64,000 nt of DNA from an uncultured Acidobacteriaceae bacterium (GTDB lineage Bacteria; Acidobacteriota; Terriglobia; Terriglobales; Acidobacteriaceae), in NCBI GenBank assembly GCA_963749665.1, contig CAVVNO010000005.1, positions 1,447,789-1,511,788 on the forward strand, written 5' to 3'. Made by a program: the position numbers and the translations under genes. Below are positions 9,430 to 18,494 of the stretch, piece by piece. How positions within the stretch are numbered: position 1 is the stretch's first letter; every line of letters starts with the position of its first letter. Below the pieces are notes generated by a model. It worked only from the letters and a program-made list of their open reading frames with translations, ran no database searches and was not told the DNA's origin.

Positions 9430-9864
9430 TTGCGCCTAACCGCTTACACCGATTTCTCTCTGAGGCTTCTAATGTACCTCGCTGTTCAGGGGGAAGGGCT
9501 GACGACGATTGCAAAGGTCGCCGAGAGCTATGAAATTTCGCAGAACCATCTCGTCAAGGTGGCCCATCGACTCGTGCTTGAGGGCTATGTCAGCGCATTC
9601 CGTGGAAAGAATGGTGGCTTGCGTCTGGCCCGGCCAGCGGCGGAGATCAACGTGGGGGAGGTCGTGCGTCGGATGGAACCCGACATGGCTCTCGTGCCAT
9701 GCATGAACCCTCTTGGCGCCTCGTGCCCCATATTGTCGAACTGTCGGCTGCACAGCGCAATGGAAGATGCGCGTGCTGCGTTTCTGGAGGTGTTGGATGG
9801 CTATACGCTCTCAGATTTGGCGGCACCGCGCGCCAAATTGCGAAAATTGTTGTCATTCCCGTAA
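9430..9864 (+). CDS. Rrf2-family transcriptional regulator with three-Cys cluster-binding motif (NsrR/IscR-like)
   Basis: TTG start; N-terminus MRLTAYTDFSLRLLMYLAV; wHTH segment ISQNHLVKVAHRLVLEGYVSAFRGKNGGLRLA; Cys triad in VPCMNPLGASCPILSNCRL. Divergent from the molybdoenzyme operon. Confidence 0.8.
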   Translation: MRLTAYTDFSLRLLMYLAVQGEGLTTIAKVAESYEISQNHLVKVAHRLVLEGYVSAFRGKNGGLRLARPAAEINVGEVVRRMEPDMALVPCMNPLGASCPILSNCRLHSAMEDARAAFLEVLDGYTLSDLAAPRAKLRKLLSFP

Positions 9865-9941
9865 ATGAGTAGAGTGATCGGCTTGCAGCTTTCCTCCAGT
9901 TTTGGCAGGACCGCATCAAACCCAGCAGAAGGAGAGAACAT

Positions 9942-10355
9942 ATGGCGACCGAAGGTTTTGCTGATGATGGGACCATGATAAGGGATCTTGCGCTGTTTGA
10001 CGTGGCACAGGAGATCGCGGATTCGGAGCGGAAGAAGCCATGGGAATCTGGCCATTATGCCAAGACTCTCTTTAAGAAATCAGATCTCAGGATCGTGTTG
10101 ATCTCGATGGAGAAGGCCGCCAGGATAAAAGACCATCATGCCGACGGCACAATCTCGGTACAAGTATTAAACGGATTGATACGCTTCACAGTGCAAGGGA
10201 ACGCGCATGATCTGAGTCCGGGCAATGTGCTGGCGCTGGGCGCCTCGATTAAACATCAGGTGGAGGCTCTCGAGGAGTCCGCCTTTTTGCTGACCGTATC
10301 CTGGCCAGATAACGAAAAGCTCCAGTCGATGAAACATCGGGGATATGGCACTTAA
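9942..10355 (+). CDS. Cupin-domain protein
   Basis: 137-aa ORF whose beta-rich segment (RIVLISMEKAARIKDHHADGTISVQVLNGLIRFTVQGNAHDLSPGNVLALGASIKHQVEALEESAFLLTV) resembles small cupin_2 proteins. Confidence 0.45.
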   Translation: MATEGFADDGTMIRDLALFDVAQEIADSERKKPWESGHYAKTLFKKSDLRIVLISMEKAARIKDHHADGTISVQVLNGLIRFTVQGNAHDLSPGNVLALGASIKHQVEALEESAFLLTVSWPDNEKLQSMKHRGYGT

Positions 10356-10371
10356 TAGCATCCCGCAATAA

Positions 10372-10581
10372 AAGCGCTACGCATCACGTGGCTGGTTTCC
10401 CAGCGCTCTCGAAGAGGCGAAAATCGAGGGGTACACCTGGCATTGCAACCGCCGTACCTTTGCAAGTAGACTCGTAATGGCCGGGGTAGATCTGCGGACG
10501 GTGGCAGAGCTGCTCGGGCACAGGACACTCCAGATGGTCATGCGGTACTCCCATCTCGCTCCCGAACACCAGGCGTCGTAG
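10372..10581 (+). pseudogene. C-terminal remnant (about 69 codons) of a tyrosine recombinase / phage integrase
   Basis: An open stretch without a start codon, beginning right after an in-frame TAA (10369..10371). It translates to ...ALEEAKIEGYTWHCNRRTFASRLVMAGVDLRTVAELLGHRTLQMVMRYSHLAPEHQAS*, which retains the H-x-x-R, LLGH and catalytic Y (RY) motifs of the integrase catalytic domain. The N-terminal ~250 aa are missing. Confidence 0.75.
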
Positions 10582-10700
10582 ACCGCCTGGTAGAAGTGGG
10601 TAATCGAAGGGACACCAAATCGGACACCGGATGTCCTGCAGCGAAGACGATCAAGCCCCACGATGATCGTAAGTAGCTGATAAATTGTACGTTACAATGC

Positions 10701-10792
10701 GGAGAGTTGGCAGAGCCCGGTTGAATGCACCTGACTCGAAATCAGACATAGGCGCAAGTCTATCGGGGGTTCGAATCCCTCACTCTCCGCCA
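10701..10792 (+). tRNA. tRNA-Ser (anticodon CGA), CCA encoded
   Basis: Acceptor GGAGAGT / ACTCTCC; D stem GCA/TGC with a GG-containing loop; anticodon loop CTCGAAA (anticodon CGA); long variable arm ATAG-GCGCAAGT-CTAT; T loop GGTTCGAATCC; discriminator G followed by CCA. Confidence 0.9.
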
Positions 10793-10830
10793 TCATCTAG
10801 TTTCAGGACGTCCATGAGAAGTCCAGGACA

Positions 10831-12096
10831 TCAGATAGAACTCCGATAGAACACAATCTGGTCATGCGACCAGAGCTGTTCGAAGAAAGTACGCGCCACG
10901 TGGAGGGTTGTTGTTTGGGGCGACGATGACGGCGTTGGTTCCACGATGTCTCCGATGCGGCGGGTGCCGTCAATTGCATCGAAGAGACGTTTCTCCGTTA
11001 CCCCTATCGGCAAAAATAGATCCGTGTAGGTGTGAGTCTGGTTGATCAGGACGGCCGTGGCTCCAGGGGGAAGTCGATCCTGAACACAGATCGTGTCTGA
11101 CATTCGAATGGGAACGTAGTCAAGCCAGGCGTTGCCCGAAAAACTGACATGCTGCGAGTTGCAGGCACCATCGCTTCGGTACGCAACGATGCTGTGGCGA
11201 ACCATGGTGCCCCGAAACAATTCGATGGCGGCATACTGTTCTGCCGGAGAAAGGCCTTCCATGCGGGCTGCCTGCGGGATCTTTGCGATGACACCGCAGT
11301 GCAGGCTGTAAGGCGCTTGTCTTACCCATCGTCCAAATGTCATGCCTGCCTTCTCAATAAAGTGGAACAACTGCGGCACGGAATAGGCACGGTCTTGCGG
11401 ATGCAGCAGAGCATCGGCAAGCGCTGCCTCATGCCGAAAATCCGGGGCCTGTCTGAGTAAGCTTTCCAGCGGATGTCCGTGAGGCAATGACTTGAGTGCG
11501 GTGATGAGATCGCGAATTTCTCCATCGCTAGCATGGATACCAATCCGTCTGCAGAATTCCTGCAGCATATAGATACCGGCCCGTCCATAAGGCGCATACA
11601 CCATGAGATGCATTGCTCCCCCAGGTTTGAGCACGCTGCGCAGAGCGCTGAGGCCTGCATCGGGATCGGAGAGATGATGGAGAACCCCGGTGCACACGAT
11701 CTGATCGAAGCTCATCGCGACGTCCGCTACGCGCTCAATGGCGAGTTGATAGACCTGAAGATTGTTCAGGTTGTATTTTTCCTTGAGGTCCTGAGTACAT
11801 TGCACACTCGTTGCGCTGATATCGATGGCAGTAACCTGTGTCGCGGGGCAACGCAAAGCATGTTTCGCCGCCTGAGATGTTCCGCAGCCAGCGATGAGGA
11901 TCGATAGGTCTTCTCGATAAGGGGAGTCAGGCCAAAACAGATGATAATCCGCGCGACGTCTTTGCGGGTCCTGCCAGAGCCTCCGATACTTTTCCAAGTC
12001 GTCGACTGGTGGAGGATAAGGATAGCGGTCGTAGAAGTCCCGGACCTCGTCGGCTCTGTCAAGTGAAGGCGAGAGGTGTTCTGCACTTTGGCTCAT
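10831..12096 (-). CDS. Class I SAM-dependent methyltransferase with a C-terminal extension of unknown function
   Basis: 421-aa ORF with motif I ILIAGCGTSQAA, then VTAIDIS and IVCTGVLHHLSDP, LKPGGAMHLMVY. It lies 9 nt downstream of the FGE gene. Confidence 0.7.
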   Translation of the reverse strand: MSQSAEHLSPSLDRADEVRDFYDRYPYPPPVDDLEKYRRLWQDPQRRRADYHLFWPDSPYREDLSILIAGCGTSQAAKHALRCPATQVTAIDISATSVQCTQDLKEKYNLNNLQVYQLAIERVADVAMSFDQIVCTGVLHHLSDPDAGLSALRSVLKPGGAMHLMVYAPYGRAGIYMLQEFCRRIGIHASDGEIRDLITALKSLPHGHPLESLLRQAPDFRHEAALADALLHPQDRAYSVPQLFHFIEKAGMTFGRWVRQAPYSLHCGVIAKIPQAARMEGLSPAEQYAAIELFRGTMVRHSIVAYRSDGACNSQHVSFSGNAWLDYVPIRMSDTICVQDRLPPGATAVLINQTHTYTDLFLPIGVTEKRLFDAIDGTRRIGDIVEPTPSSSPQTTTLHVARTFFEQLWSHDQIVFYRSSI

Positions 12097-12105
12097 GTAG
12101 TTGAT

Positions 12106-13149
12106 TCACTCCGCCTTGGCCTCATCTGCGCTCACCGCATGGTGCGTAATGCAGCGGAATCCGATGTGGTTCATGCTGGTGTCAACCATCTGCGGCTGCC
12201 GCGCCGCTGGGCGATAACGCAAGCAGTAATTGGGCGCGCATAGATGCGAGCCGCCTTTGACAACCTTGCGCGGAATCCGAAACTGCGACTGGTTGGCATC
12301 GTAGCTTTTGGCTGGCGAGTCAATACGCGGATTGGCCGCCGGGCCGCAACAGGCCTTGACTATTTCGTCGGCGTGGCGCGGGACAAACCAATCAGAAGTC
12401 CATTCCCATACATTGCCCGCCATGTCGTACAGGCCATACCCGTTCGGCGGGAAGGATCCGACCGGGGATGTTCCTTCGTAGCCATCGTGGAGCAGGTTTT
12501 GCCAGGGAAACTCTCCCTGCCAACTGTTGGCCATCGCCTTGCCGTCGGGAAAATCCTCATCGCCCCAGATGAACTTCTTTCCGTCGAGCCCACCGCGAGC
12601 GGCAAACTCCCACTCTGCTTCGGTCGGCAGTTCCTTCCCTGCCCAGTGTGCATAAGCTTCTGCGTCCTCATAGGCGACGTGAACCACGGGGTGTTGAGCA
12701 AGATTTTCCAGCGAAGATCTCGGTCCCAGCGGATGGCGCCAACTCGTTCCCGGCACCCAGGCCCACCAGTTGACGTAATTGTGTAAGTCAACCGGGCGGG
12801 TGGTCTTGTGGAAGAGCATTGAGCCTGGGACGAGATTCTGGGGAGGGGCGCCGGGGTAGTCCTCAGGATTAGGTGGGCGCTCGGCGAGTGTCGTATAGCC
12901 AGTGGCGTCCACGAAACGCGCGAACTGTTCGTTCGTCACTTCGTAGCAATCCATCCAGAAGCCATCGACGGTAACTTCGTGAACCGGCTTCTCCTCAGGA
13001 TAGAAGTCTTCAGAACCCATGCGAAACGTTCCGCCGGGTATCCAAGTCATGCCGGGAAGCCGTGGACTGGCCGGCGTGTCCCCTGTTTGGGATAGTTCAT
13101 CTTCCGTTTGCGATTTCATCTTGTCTCCGTCGGCCTCCCGGTACGCCAT
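12106..13149 (-). CDS. Formylglycine-generating enzyme (SUMF1/FGE family)
   Basis: MTWIPGGTFRMGSEDFYPEEKPVHEVTVDGFWMDCYEVTNEQFARFV, AEAYAHWAGKELPTEAEWEFAARGG, GNVWEWTSDW, plus the C-terminal Cys pair region (KACCGP...KGGSHLCAPNYCLRYRPAAR). Confidence 0.85.
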   Translation of the reverse strand: MAYREADGDKMKSQTEDELSQTGDTPASPRLPGMTWIPGGTFRMGSEDFYPEEKPVHEVTVDGFWMDCYEVTNEQFARFVDATGYTTLAERPPNPEDYPGAPPQNLVPGSMLFHKTTRPVDLHNYVNWWAWVPGTSWRHPLGPRSSLENLAQHPVVHVAYEDAEAYAHWAGKELPTEAEWEFAARGGLDGKKFIWGDEDFPDGKAMANSWQGEFPWQNLLHDGYEGTSPVGSFPPNGYGLYDMAGNVWEWTSDWFVPRHADEIVKACCGPAANPRIDSPAKSYDANQSQFRIPRKVVKGGSHLCAPNYCLRYRPAARQPQMVDTSMNHIGFRCITHHAVSADEAKAE

Positions 13150-13233
13150 TTCAATGTACTCCGGCGTGAAAATTCAGGAAGGGAGATCCTTCGATCTCCC
13201 TTCCCACTAGGCCCTAGCTGGCAGAACGCCATG

Positions 13234-14811
13234 CTACGCAGCTGTCTTCGCTTTAACGCTCGCTGGAGTGCTCGCCGCTGCCTGCTTGGGAGGTGCAGTT
13301 TGCGAAGCGTGACTCAATGACGCCAGCACTGCGTCAAGGTTGAATGAGGCCGCCTTTTGCCGAGGCGGATATTTGACGAAGTTGTCGAGCTGGGCAGCCA
13401 CGAGTGCCTGGCATAGGTAAAGCTGGGGTACGTGATCGACCATCCAATCAAGGTAGGTATTAGAGTTGAACTCGGCGCGCTCAAAGGGATCACGACGAAG
13501 GTTAAAGATATACGGAAGGCGCAGCTTCACGAACGGCTCCGCCCAAGCCCGCATTGTCGTTGCGCGTTGCTCTTCGAAGACCAATTTATAGTCACCTACC
13601 CGGACCGCCATGATCCCGCCGTCATCGCTGACGTAGAAGAAGTAGTCTCTGGGACTCTCCTTCACCTCGCCTGTTAGATAGGGCAACACGTTGATACCGT
13701 CAATATGCACCTTGAAGGTCTTGTCCCCGACCTTGTAGCCATCCAAGAGCTTCTTGCTTACGTCCGGATCGCCCGCCGCTGCGAGCAAAGTCGGCAGCAT
13801 GTCCTGGTGGCTCACGATGCCGTTCAGGACCGAGCCAGCCTTGATCTTACCCGGCCAGCGGAGGAACGCTGGAACGCGCCAGGCGCCCTCCCAGTTTGTG
13901 TCCTTCTGGGCACGGAACGGCGTGTTGGCGCCATCGGGCCAGGTGTCGTTCTCTGGGCCGTTGTCGGTGGAATACATGACGATGGTGTTGTCTGCGATGC
14001 CCAGCTCATCGAGCTTGTCGAGCATCTGGCCGATTTGTTCGTCGTGTGTAACCATCCGGTCGCTGTAGTCGTCCTGTCCGCTCTTGCCGCGGTTCTTGTC
14101 GGCGAGGTGAGTCCGGAAGTGCATAGCCGTCGAGTTATACCAGAGGAAGAATGGCTTGTTTGCTTTAGCCTGCTTTTCCATCCAGCCAAGAGCGGCAGAA
14201 GTGATCTCCTCGTCAACGGTTTCCATGCGCTTCTTGGTCAAGGGGCCGGTGTCCTTAATCGTCTGCTTGCCTACTCGGCCCCAACGGGGATCGGTCGTTG
14301 CGTCATCCTTGTCGGTAGCCATGCAGTGGAGCACGCCGCGAGGTCCGAACGCTGCCTTGAACTTGGGGTCCTTGGGATAGTCGGGCAGCTCCGGTTCTTC
14401 TTCCGCGTTCAGGTGATAGAGATTGCCGAAGAACTCGTCGAATCCGTGTACAGTCGGCAAAAAATCATTGCGATCGCCGAGATGGTTTTTGCCGAACTGA
14501 CCGGTGGCGTAGCCGAGTGGCTTGAGCAGTTCGGCGATGGTCGGGTCTTCCGCCTGAAGGCCCACAGTAGCTCCCGGCATTCCGACTTTGGTCAGGCCGG
14601 TGCGGAGCGGGTTCTGGCCGCAGATAAAGGCTGCACGTCCAGCGGTGCAACTCTGCTGGCCGTAAAAATCGGTGAAGGCGACGCCTTCGTTGGCGACGCG
14701 GTCGATGTTCGGGGTTCGATAGCCCATCATGCCTCGGCTGAAGTAACTGCAATTCCAAGTGCCGATGTCATCGCCCCACAGGATCAGGATATTTGGTTGC
14801 TTCGTAGCCAT
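13234..14811 (-). CDS. Arylsulfatase (Cys-type); no signal peptide visible
   Basis: PNILILWGDDIG, then the sulfatase signature SCTAGRAAFICG (C-x-A-x-R), then GKNHLGD and YSTDNGPE. I prefer the ATG at 14811, which is preceded by AAGGAAG. The ORF track extends the ORF to 14985 through an implausible N-terminus. Confidence 0.85.
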   Translation of the reverse strand: MATKQPNILILWGDDIGTWNCSYFSRGMMGYRTPNIDRVANEGVAFTDFYGQQSCTAGRAAFICGQNPLRTGLTKVGMPGATVGLQAEDPTIAELLKPLGYATGQFGKNHLGDRNDFLPTVHGFDEFFGNLYHLNAEEEPELPDYPKDPKFKAAFGPRGVLHCMATDKDDATTDPRWGRVGKQTIKDTGPLTKKRMETVDEEITSAALGWMEKQAKANKPFFLWYNSTAMHFRTHLADKNRGKSGQDDYSDRMVTHDEQIGQMLDKLDELGIADNTIVMYSTDNGPENDTWPDGANTPFRAQKDTNWEGAWRVPAFLRWPGKIKAGSVLNGIVSHQDMLPTLLAAAGDPDVSKKLLDGYKVGDKTFKVHIDGINVLPYLTGEVKESPRDYFFYVSDDGGIMAVRVGDYKLVFEEQRATTMRAWAEPFVKLRLPYIFNLRRDPFERAEFNSNTYLDWMVDHVPQLYLCQALVAAQLDNFVKYPPRQKAASFNLDAVLASLSHASQTAPPKQAAASTPASVKAKTAA

Positions 14812-15242
14812 AATTGTTTCTTCCTTTACGTTGGATTTGATTGCGGTTGCCGGCTCTCGCCGATGAAAATTTATGGAAGGCCGAAATACGCCATCAAGGT
14901 CTCGTCTGGTTAGTCCACGCACGCCGCCAGACGATTTTCTACGTGTAAACAAATGAGTCCGCTGCCAGTTCTTTTCGGCAGCCACAGACTAGGCTCCCTT
15001 GATGCAATCGTGAAACTGTCAAAATAACTAGGCTTTCCGATCACGAACCGCGCAAACAAATGCGGCGGGACGACGGGTCTATTGCGATAAAGTGGTAAGC
15101 CGCCGTGTCCAAGACCAAAAGCTCTATTTCTACAATTCCGGCAAGTGACCTTCAGCTTCGAGGCGACGCTGAGGAGTTCCTTGGCGCGCATGAAAATGTT
15201 AAGAGCGAGTGGATTTATTTCGATGTTCGCTGGCTCTCTTCG

Positions 15243-15764
15243 TCAGCGGTAGAGGTACGCGGCAATCAGTGCGCTGGCGGTGATCGCCGCCAGGAGCCAT
15301 ATCGTTGCAATTGCGATGGAAGCGACGACAGCCGCGCCGGATCTAATTTTTTCTTTCCTCTGCGCATCGGCGACATTGGCAAGCGCGCGACATTCAGTGA
15401 GCACGTCCGCAGGGGTAATTCTTTGAAGCAGCCATGCTCCCAGGAACACAACCAGTAAGTCGTCGAGAACTCCGATCACTGGAATGTAGTTGGGAATAAC
15501 TTGTATGGGACTAAAGAGATAGGCTGCGACGCAAACTGCGACCACCTTTGCATACCAGCGTGTTCGCGGATGTTTAAACACGAAATAACAAACATGCGCT
15601 TCCCTCTGGAGTCGTTGCGCCTGCCCTTTCAAACCCCGCGCAAACACAGGTTCAGGCCGCACACCCTCCGAGGTTGGCTGGGTGAGACTTAGGCCGGAAA
15701 TGTTTGCCGAACTGGCGGAGTTACCGTCCATAGTTCCCTTCTCATCCACCGCGAACTCTCCCAT
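15243..15764 (-). CDS. DUF1232 (YkvA-like) membrane protein
   Basis: AAYLFSPIQVIPNYIPVIGVLDDLLVVFLGAWLL is the characteristic DUF1232 core. Confidence 0.65.
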   Translation of the reverse strand: MGEFAVDEKGTMDGNSASSANISGLSLTQPTSEGVRPEPVFARGLKGQAQRLQREAHVCYFVFKHPRTRWYAKVVAVCVAAYLFSPIQVIPNYIPVIGVLDDLLVVFLGAWLLQRITPADVLTECRALANVADAQRKEKIRSGAAVVASIAIATIWLLAAITASALIAAYLYR

Positions 15765-15822
15765 TTATCGGAAAATGACCGTGGTCCGCCGAGAACCAAC
15801 GAGAAGTCGGGCGGTTCAGCAA

Positions 15823-16497
15823 TCATTTACGCATGATGGACCCATCGGCCGGCCCAGGCAATGGCATGATCGACGGCCAGTGCTCCCGAACAGCTATTAC
15901 GCGGAACACGAACGCAACTGTCACTGAGATTAAGGTAACCGGGAAGAAGTCCCTTCCGCTTTCCAATCTCGCGAGCACCGTATAGACTGTGCCCGCCAAT
16001 ACTGCTGTTGTGACGAGTTGCTCCGAAGGCCTCACAATCTCCGGAGTAACCCCGGAGAACAGGTCGATGAGCACTCCACCGGCGGTGGTGGCAATTAGCC
16101 CGACGAGGACTGCGGCGAAGATTCCAAGGTTGTGCTCGAGCGCCTTATGCGCGCCCAGGACCGCAAACCAGGGCAACGTGAAGGACTTTAAATAGGCCAG
16201 GGTCCGCGTACGGAACCGCTCTTCCTTCGATTCGAGGTAGCGACACATTGCTACGCCCAACAAACCCATCACAATGCAAACGAAAAAATAGGCCGGGGTC
16301 TTGAGCGGCGAGGGGATTTCGTTGAGCAGCAAGTCGCGCGTTACGCCGCCGCCTATACCGCCCATAAAGGCCATGATCAGCAGCCCCGCCAAGGTGTAGC
16401 CGCGGTTATGCGATGGACGATGGGCAATGAGGGCGCCGTACAGAGAGTTGACGCCGGCGGAGAACAAATCGACGTTCGGAAAACTTGGCAGGGTCAT
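15823..16497 (-). CDS. TRIC / UPF0126 (YadS-like) cation channel family membrane protein
   Basis: Two internal repeats carry Gly-rich motifs (GGIGGGVTRDLLL and TTAGGVLIDLF) across seven hydrophobic helices. Confidence 0.65.
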   Translation of the reverse strand: MTLPSFPNVDLFSAGVNSLYGALIAHRPSHNRGYTLAGLLIMAFMGGIGGGVTRDLLLNEIPSPLKTPAYFFVCIVMGLLGVAMCRYLESKEERFRTRTLAYLKSFTLPWFAVLGAHKALEHNLGIFAAVLVGLIATTAGGVLIDLFSGVTPEIVRPSEQLVTTAVLAGTVYTVLARLESGRDFFPVTLISVTVAFVFRVIAVREHWPSIMPLPGPADGSIMRK

Positions 16498-16579
16498 TGT
16501 TGAGTTCTCCTCAGAGCGCTGCTAAATATCACCGAGTCGGGATTGCGGATCGTCCATTCGACTCAGGTTGAGCGAAAGC

Positions 16580-17323
16580 TCACACGTGCTGGTAGTTCGA
16601 ATTCTGAGTGGCAATGTTCAATTGTTTACTTACTCCATCGATCACAAGGCTCTGTACGTGGTTTGTCCCATCAGGTAGACGGCTGAACTGTACCGTCAAA
16701 TTCACGGCATCTTTGGGATCGTTCATGTAGGAAGCAATTCGGATACTAATCAGTGCCTTCTGTGTTTTGTCGAAGACAAGGGTCATCGAATCTTGAGGTT
16801 TTAGATAATTGTGAATCACGAGCTGAACTACATTAGGAGCATTCGCGGTTGGCCCCAACGTGACATTCCCTTGCGCGTAGGCCTTCTGCAGAAGTTCTCC
16901 GTCCGGTGGTACATACTGCTGCGCCAGTGCCTTCATCTGTTCGGCGTAATCCTGGTACTCTTCCTTCTTCTTCGCGACTACGCGCTGTTTCATGCGTCCT
17001 CCACTTGGGGGGGCGGTTTCGTCGGGCGGATCCAACGAAGTTTTCTGTGGTTTGCCGTCCGGACCGAGGCGCACCTGGAAGTGCTGCTGTTTTTTCTGTT
17101 CGCCTTTCAAGCTGATGGTCACCACTTCGTTCCAGCTGTATGACATGAGAGCTTGCTTGTTCCGTGCAGCCGCCTGTTTAACATCCGCAACTCGTTGTTG
17201 CAGTTCGGGACTTTGCGAATATGCGGCGGGAACAAATCCTGCGCCAACCAAAAGCGCGGGCGAGAATGTAACAAGGGCATTGAAAAATAAAGTGTCAAAA
17301 ATGCGCCTTGCTGTGTTCTTCAT
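16580..17323 (-). CDS. Hypothetical secreted protein
   Basis: The internal ATG at 17323 follows GAGGAAA and gives a signal-peptide-like N-terminus (MKNTARRIFDTLFFNALVTFSPALLVGAGFVPAAYSQ). No family motif recognised. Confidence 0.5.
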   Translation of the reverse strand: MKNTARRIFDTLFFNALVTFSPALLVGAGFVPAAYSQSPELQQRVADVKQAAARNKQALMSYSWNEVVTISLKGEQKKQQHFQVRLGPDGKPQKTSLDPPDETAPPSGGRMKQRVVAKKKEEYQDYAEQMKALAQQYVPPDGELLQKAYAQGNVTLGPTANAPNVVQLVIHNYLKPQDSMTLVFDKTQKALISIRIASYMNDPKDAVNLTVQFSRLPDGTNHVQSLVIDGVSKQLNIATQNSNYQHV

Positions 17324-17632
17324 AAATGTTTCCTCTGAATATCTCTCAGTTTGCGGTTGACTCCTCGCAGGCTTGTTCGTTAGTGCACCACGAATACCAG
17401 TCAGCGCCAACTGTCAAAATTTCTAGGGGCTCCCGTAGGCTTCAAGTGCAGTGTTATCATCGTGTGCTTCCGCGTGTTCTTTCTTCGTACGGTTTCATTT
17501 GGCGTCGCGCGAATGCGAAGAGCAAGGTGGTCTTGGGCTTGTAAGTATGGAGGAAAGGGTCCATCTCGTGCGTGGCTGGTTCTACGTGAATCGAGGCGCG
17601 AGTTAATCAAGTCACCGTTGTAAGGAGGTTGC

Positions 17633-18274
17633 ATGAGACGAACGCGCATCTTGCTGGCCGACGATCATGCAATGATCTGCACCGCCTTCCAGAAACTGCT
17701 GGAGCCTGAATACGAAGTGGTTGGCTGCGTCGGAGACGGCAGGGCCCTGGTGGAAGCGGCCGCGGCGCTGAAGCCAGACCTGGTACTGGTCGATGTCGGA
17801 ATGCCATTGTTGAATGGTTTGGACGCAGGACGAGAGCTAAAAAAACTAACCCCTGGCGTCAAAATCATCTTCCTCACGATGAATCCCGACCCCGACATTG
17901 CAAGTGAAGCTCTCCGAATCGGTGCGTCGGGTTATGTGCTCAAAACCTCACAGGAAGAGGAACTCCTCGAGGCCGTCCATAACGCGGTCAGGGGGATTTC
18001 GTATGTGACGCCGGGAGTTCGCTCAGCGATGGAGCAGAAGTTCATCCGCGACCCCAAATCGCTGGGTCGACCTAGGCACCTCACTGACCGGCAGTCGGAG
18101 ACCCTCCAAATGCTGGCAGAGGGTCGGTCAATGAAGGAAATTGCCTACATCCTGAAAATCTCAGTCAGGACTGTGCGCTTCCACAAACGCCGGATCATGG
18201 AGGAGCTTGGAATCAACAATATCGCCGAGCTCGTGCAGTACGCGATCAAGCATGGCATGATCTCTCAGGCATAA
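17633..18274 (+). CDS. Response regulator, NarL/FixJ (LuxR HTH) family
   Basis: REC domain (ILLADDH, LVLVDVGMP, GASGYVLK) plus a LuxR-type HTH (LTDRQSETLQMLAEGRSMKEIAYILKISVRTVRFHKRRIMEELG). AAGGAGG lies upstream of the ATG. Confidence 0.85.
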   Translation: MRRTRILLADDHAMICTAFQKLLEPEYEVVGCVGDGRALVEAAAALKPDLVLVDVGMPLLNGLDAGRELKKLTPGVKIIFLTMNPDPDIASEALRIGASGYVLKTSQEEELLEAVHNAVRGISYVTPGVRSAMEQKFIRDPKSLGRPRHLTDRQSETLQMLAEGRSMKEIAYILKISVRTVRFHKRRIMEELGINNIAELVQYAIKHGMISQA

Positions 18275-18494
18275 GCGCGCGGTGCGTCACGGCACATAAG
18301 CTGGTCGTCCATCGGAAAGGCTAGCCACTGTCCACAGTGACAGTAGGCAGCGCGCTCCGGAGAGCTGAGAATCGTCATTAAATCTTGCAGCCAACAATCT
18401 ATGGGCCCGCGGGGAAGATTCATGCGGTGCTCGCTGACAGGCATGGAAACATTCCGGCAAGACCAAAAACGCCTTTCGTAATGAGGGTAATAAA

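Noticed and set aside
13705-14913. A 402-aa + strand ORF, along with similar long ORFs at 20961..21944, 22084..22794, 33210..34205, 35052..35963, 38484..39200, 29362..30093, 40716..41342, 41669..42292, 43725..44606, 45618..46517 and 55033..56031
   Set aside because: All lie antisense to, or out of frame with, genes that have clear family motifs. Their translations are low-complexity (R/P/H/G-rich) and have no motifs. These are typical shadow ORFs of high-GC DNA.
9300-15000. An intact prophage or integrative element at the tRNA-Ser gene
   Set aside because: Only a 69-codon integrase tail is present. I saw no phage, conjugation or transposase genes, and I found no repeat of the tRNA 3' end by eye. 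I report it only as a scar.
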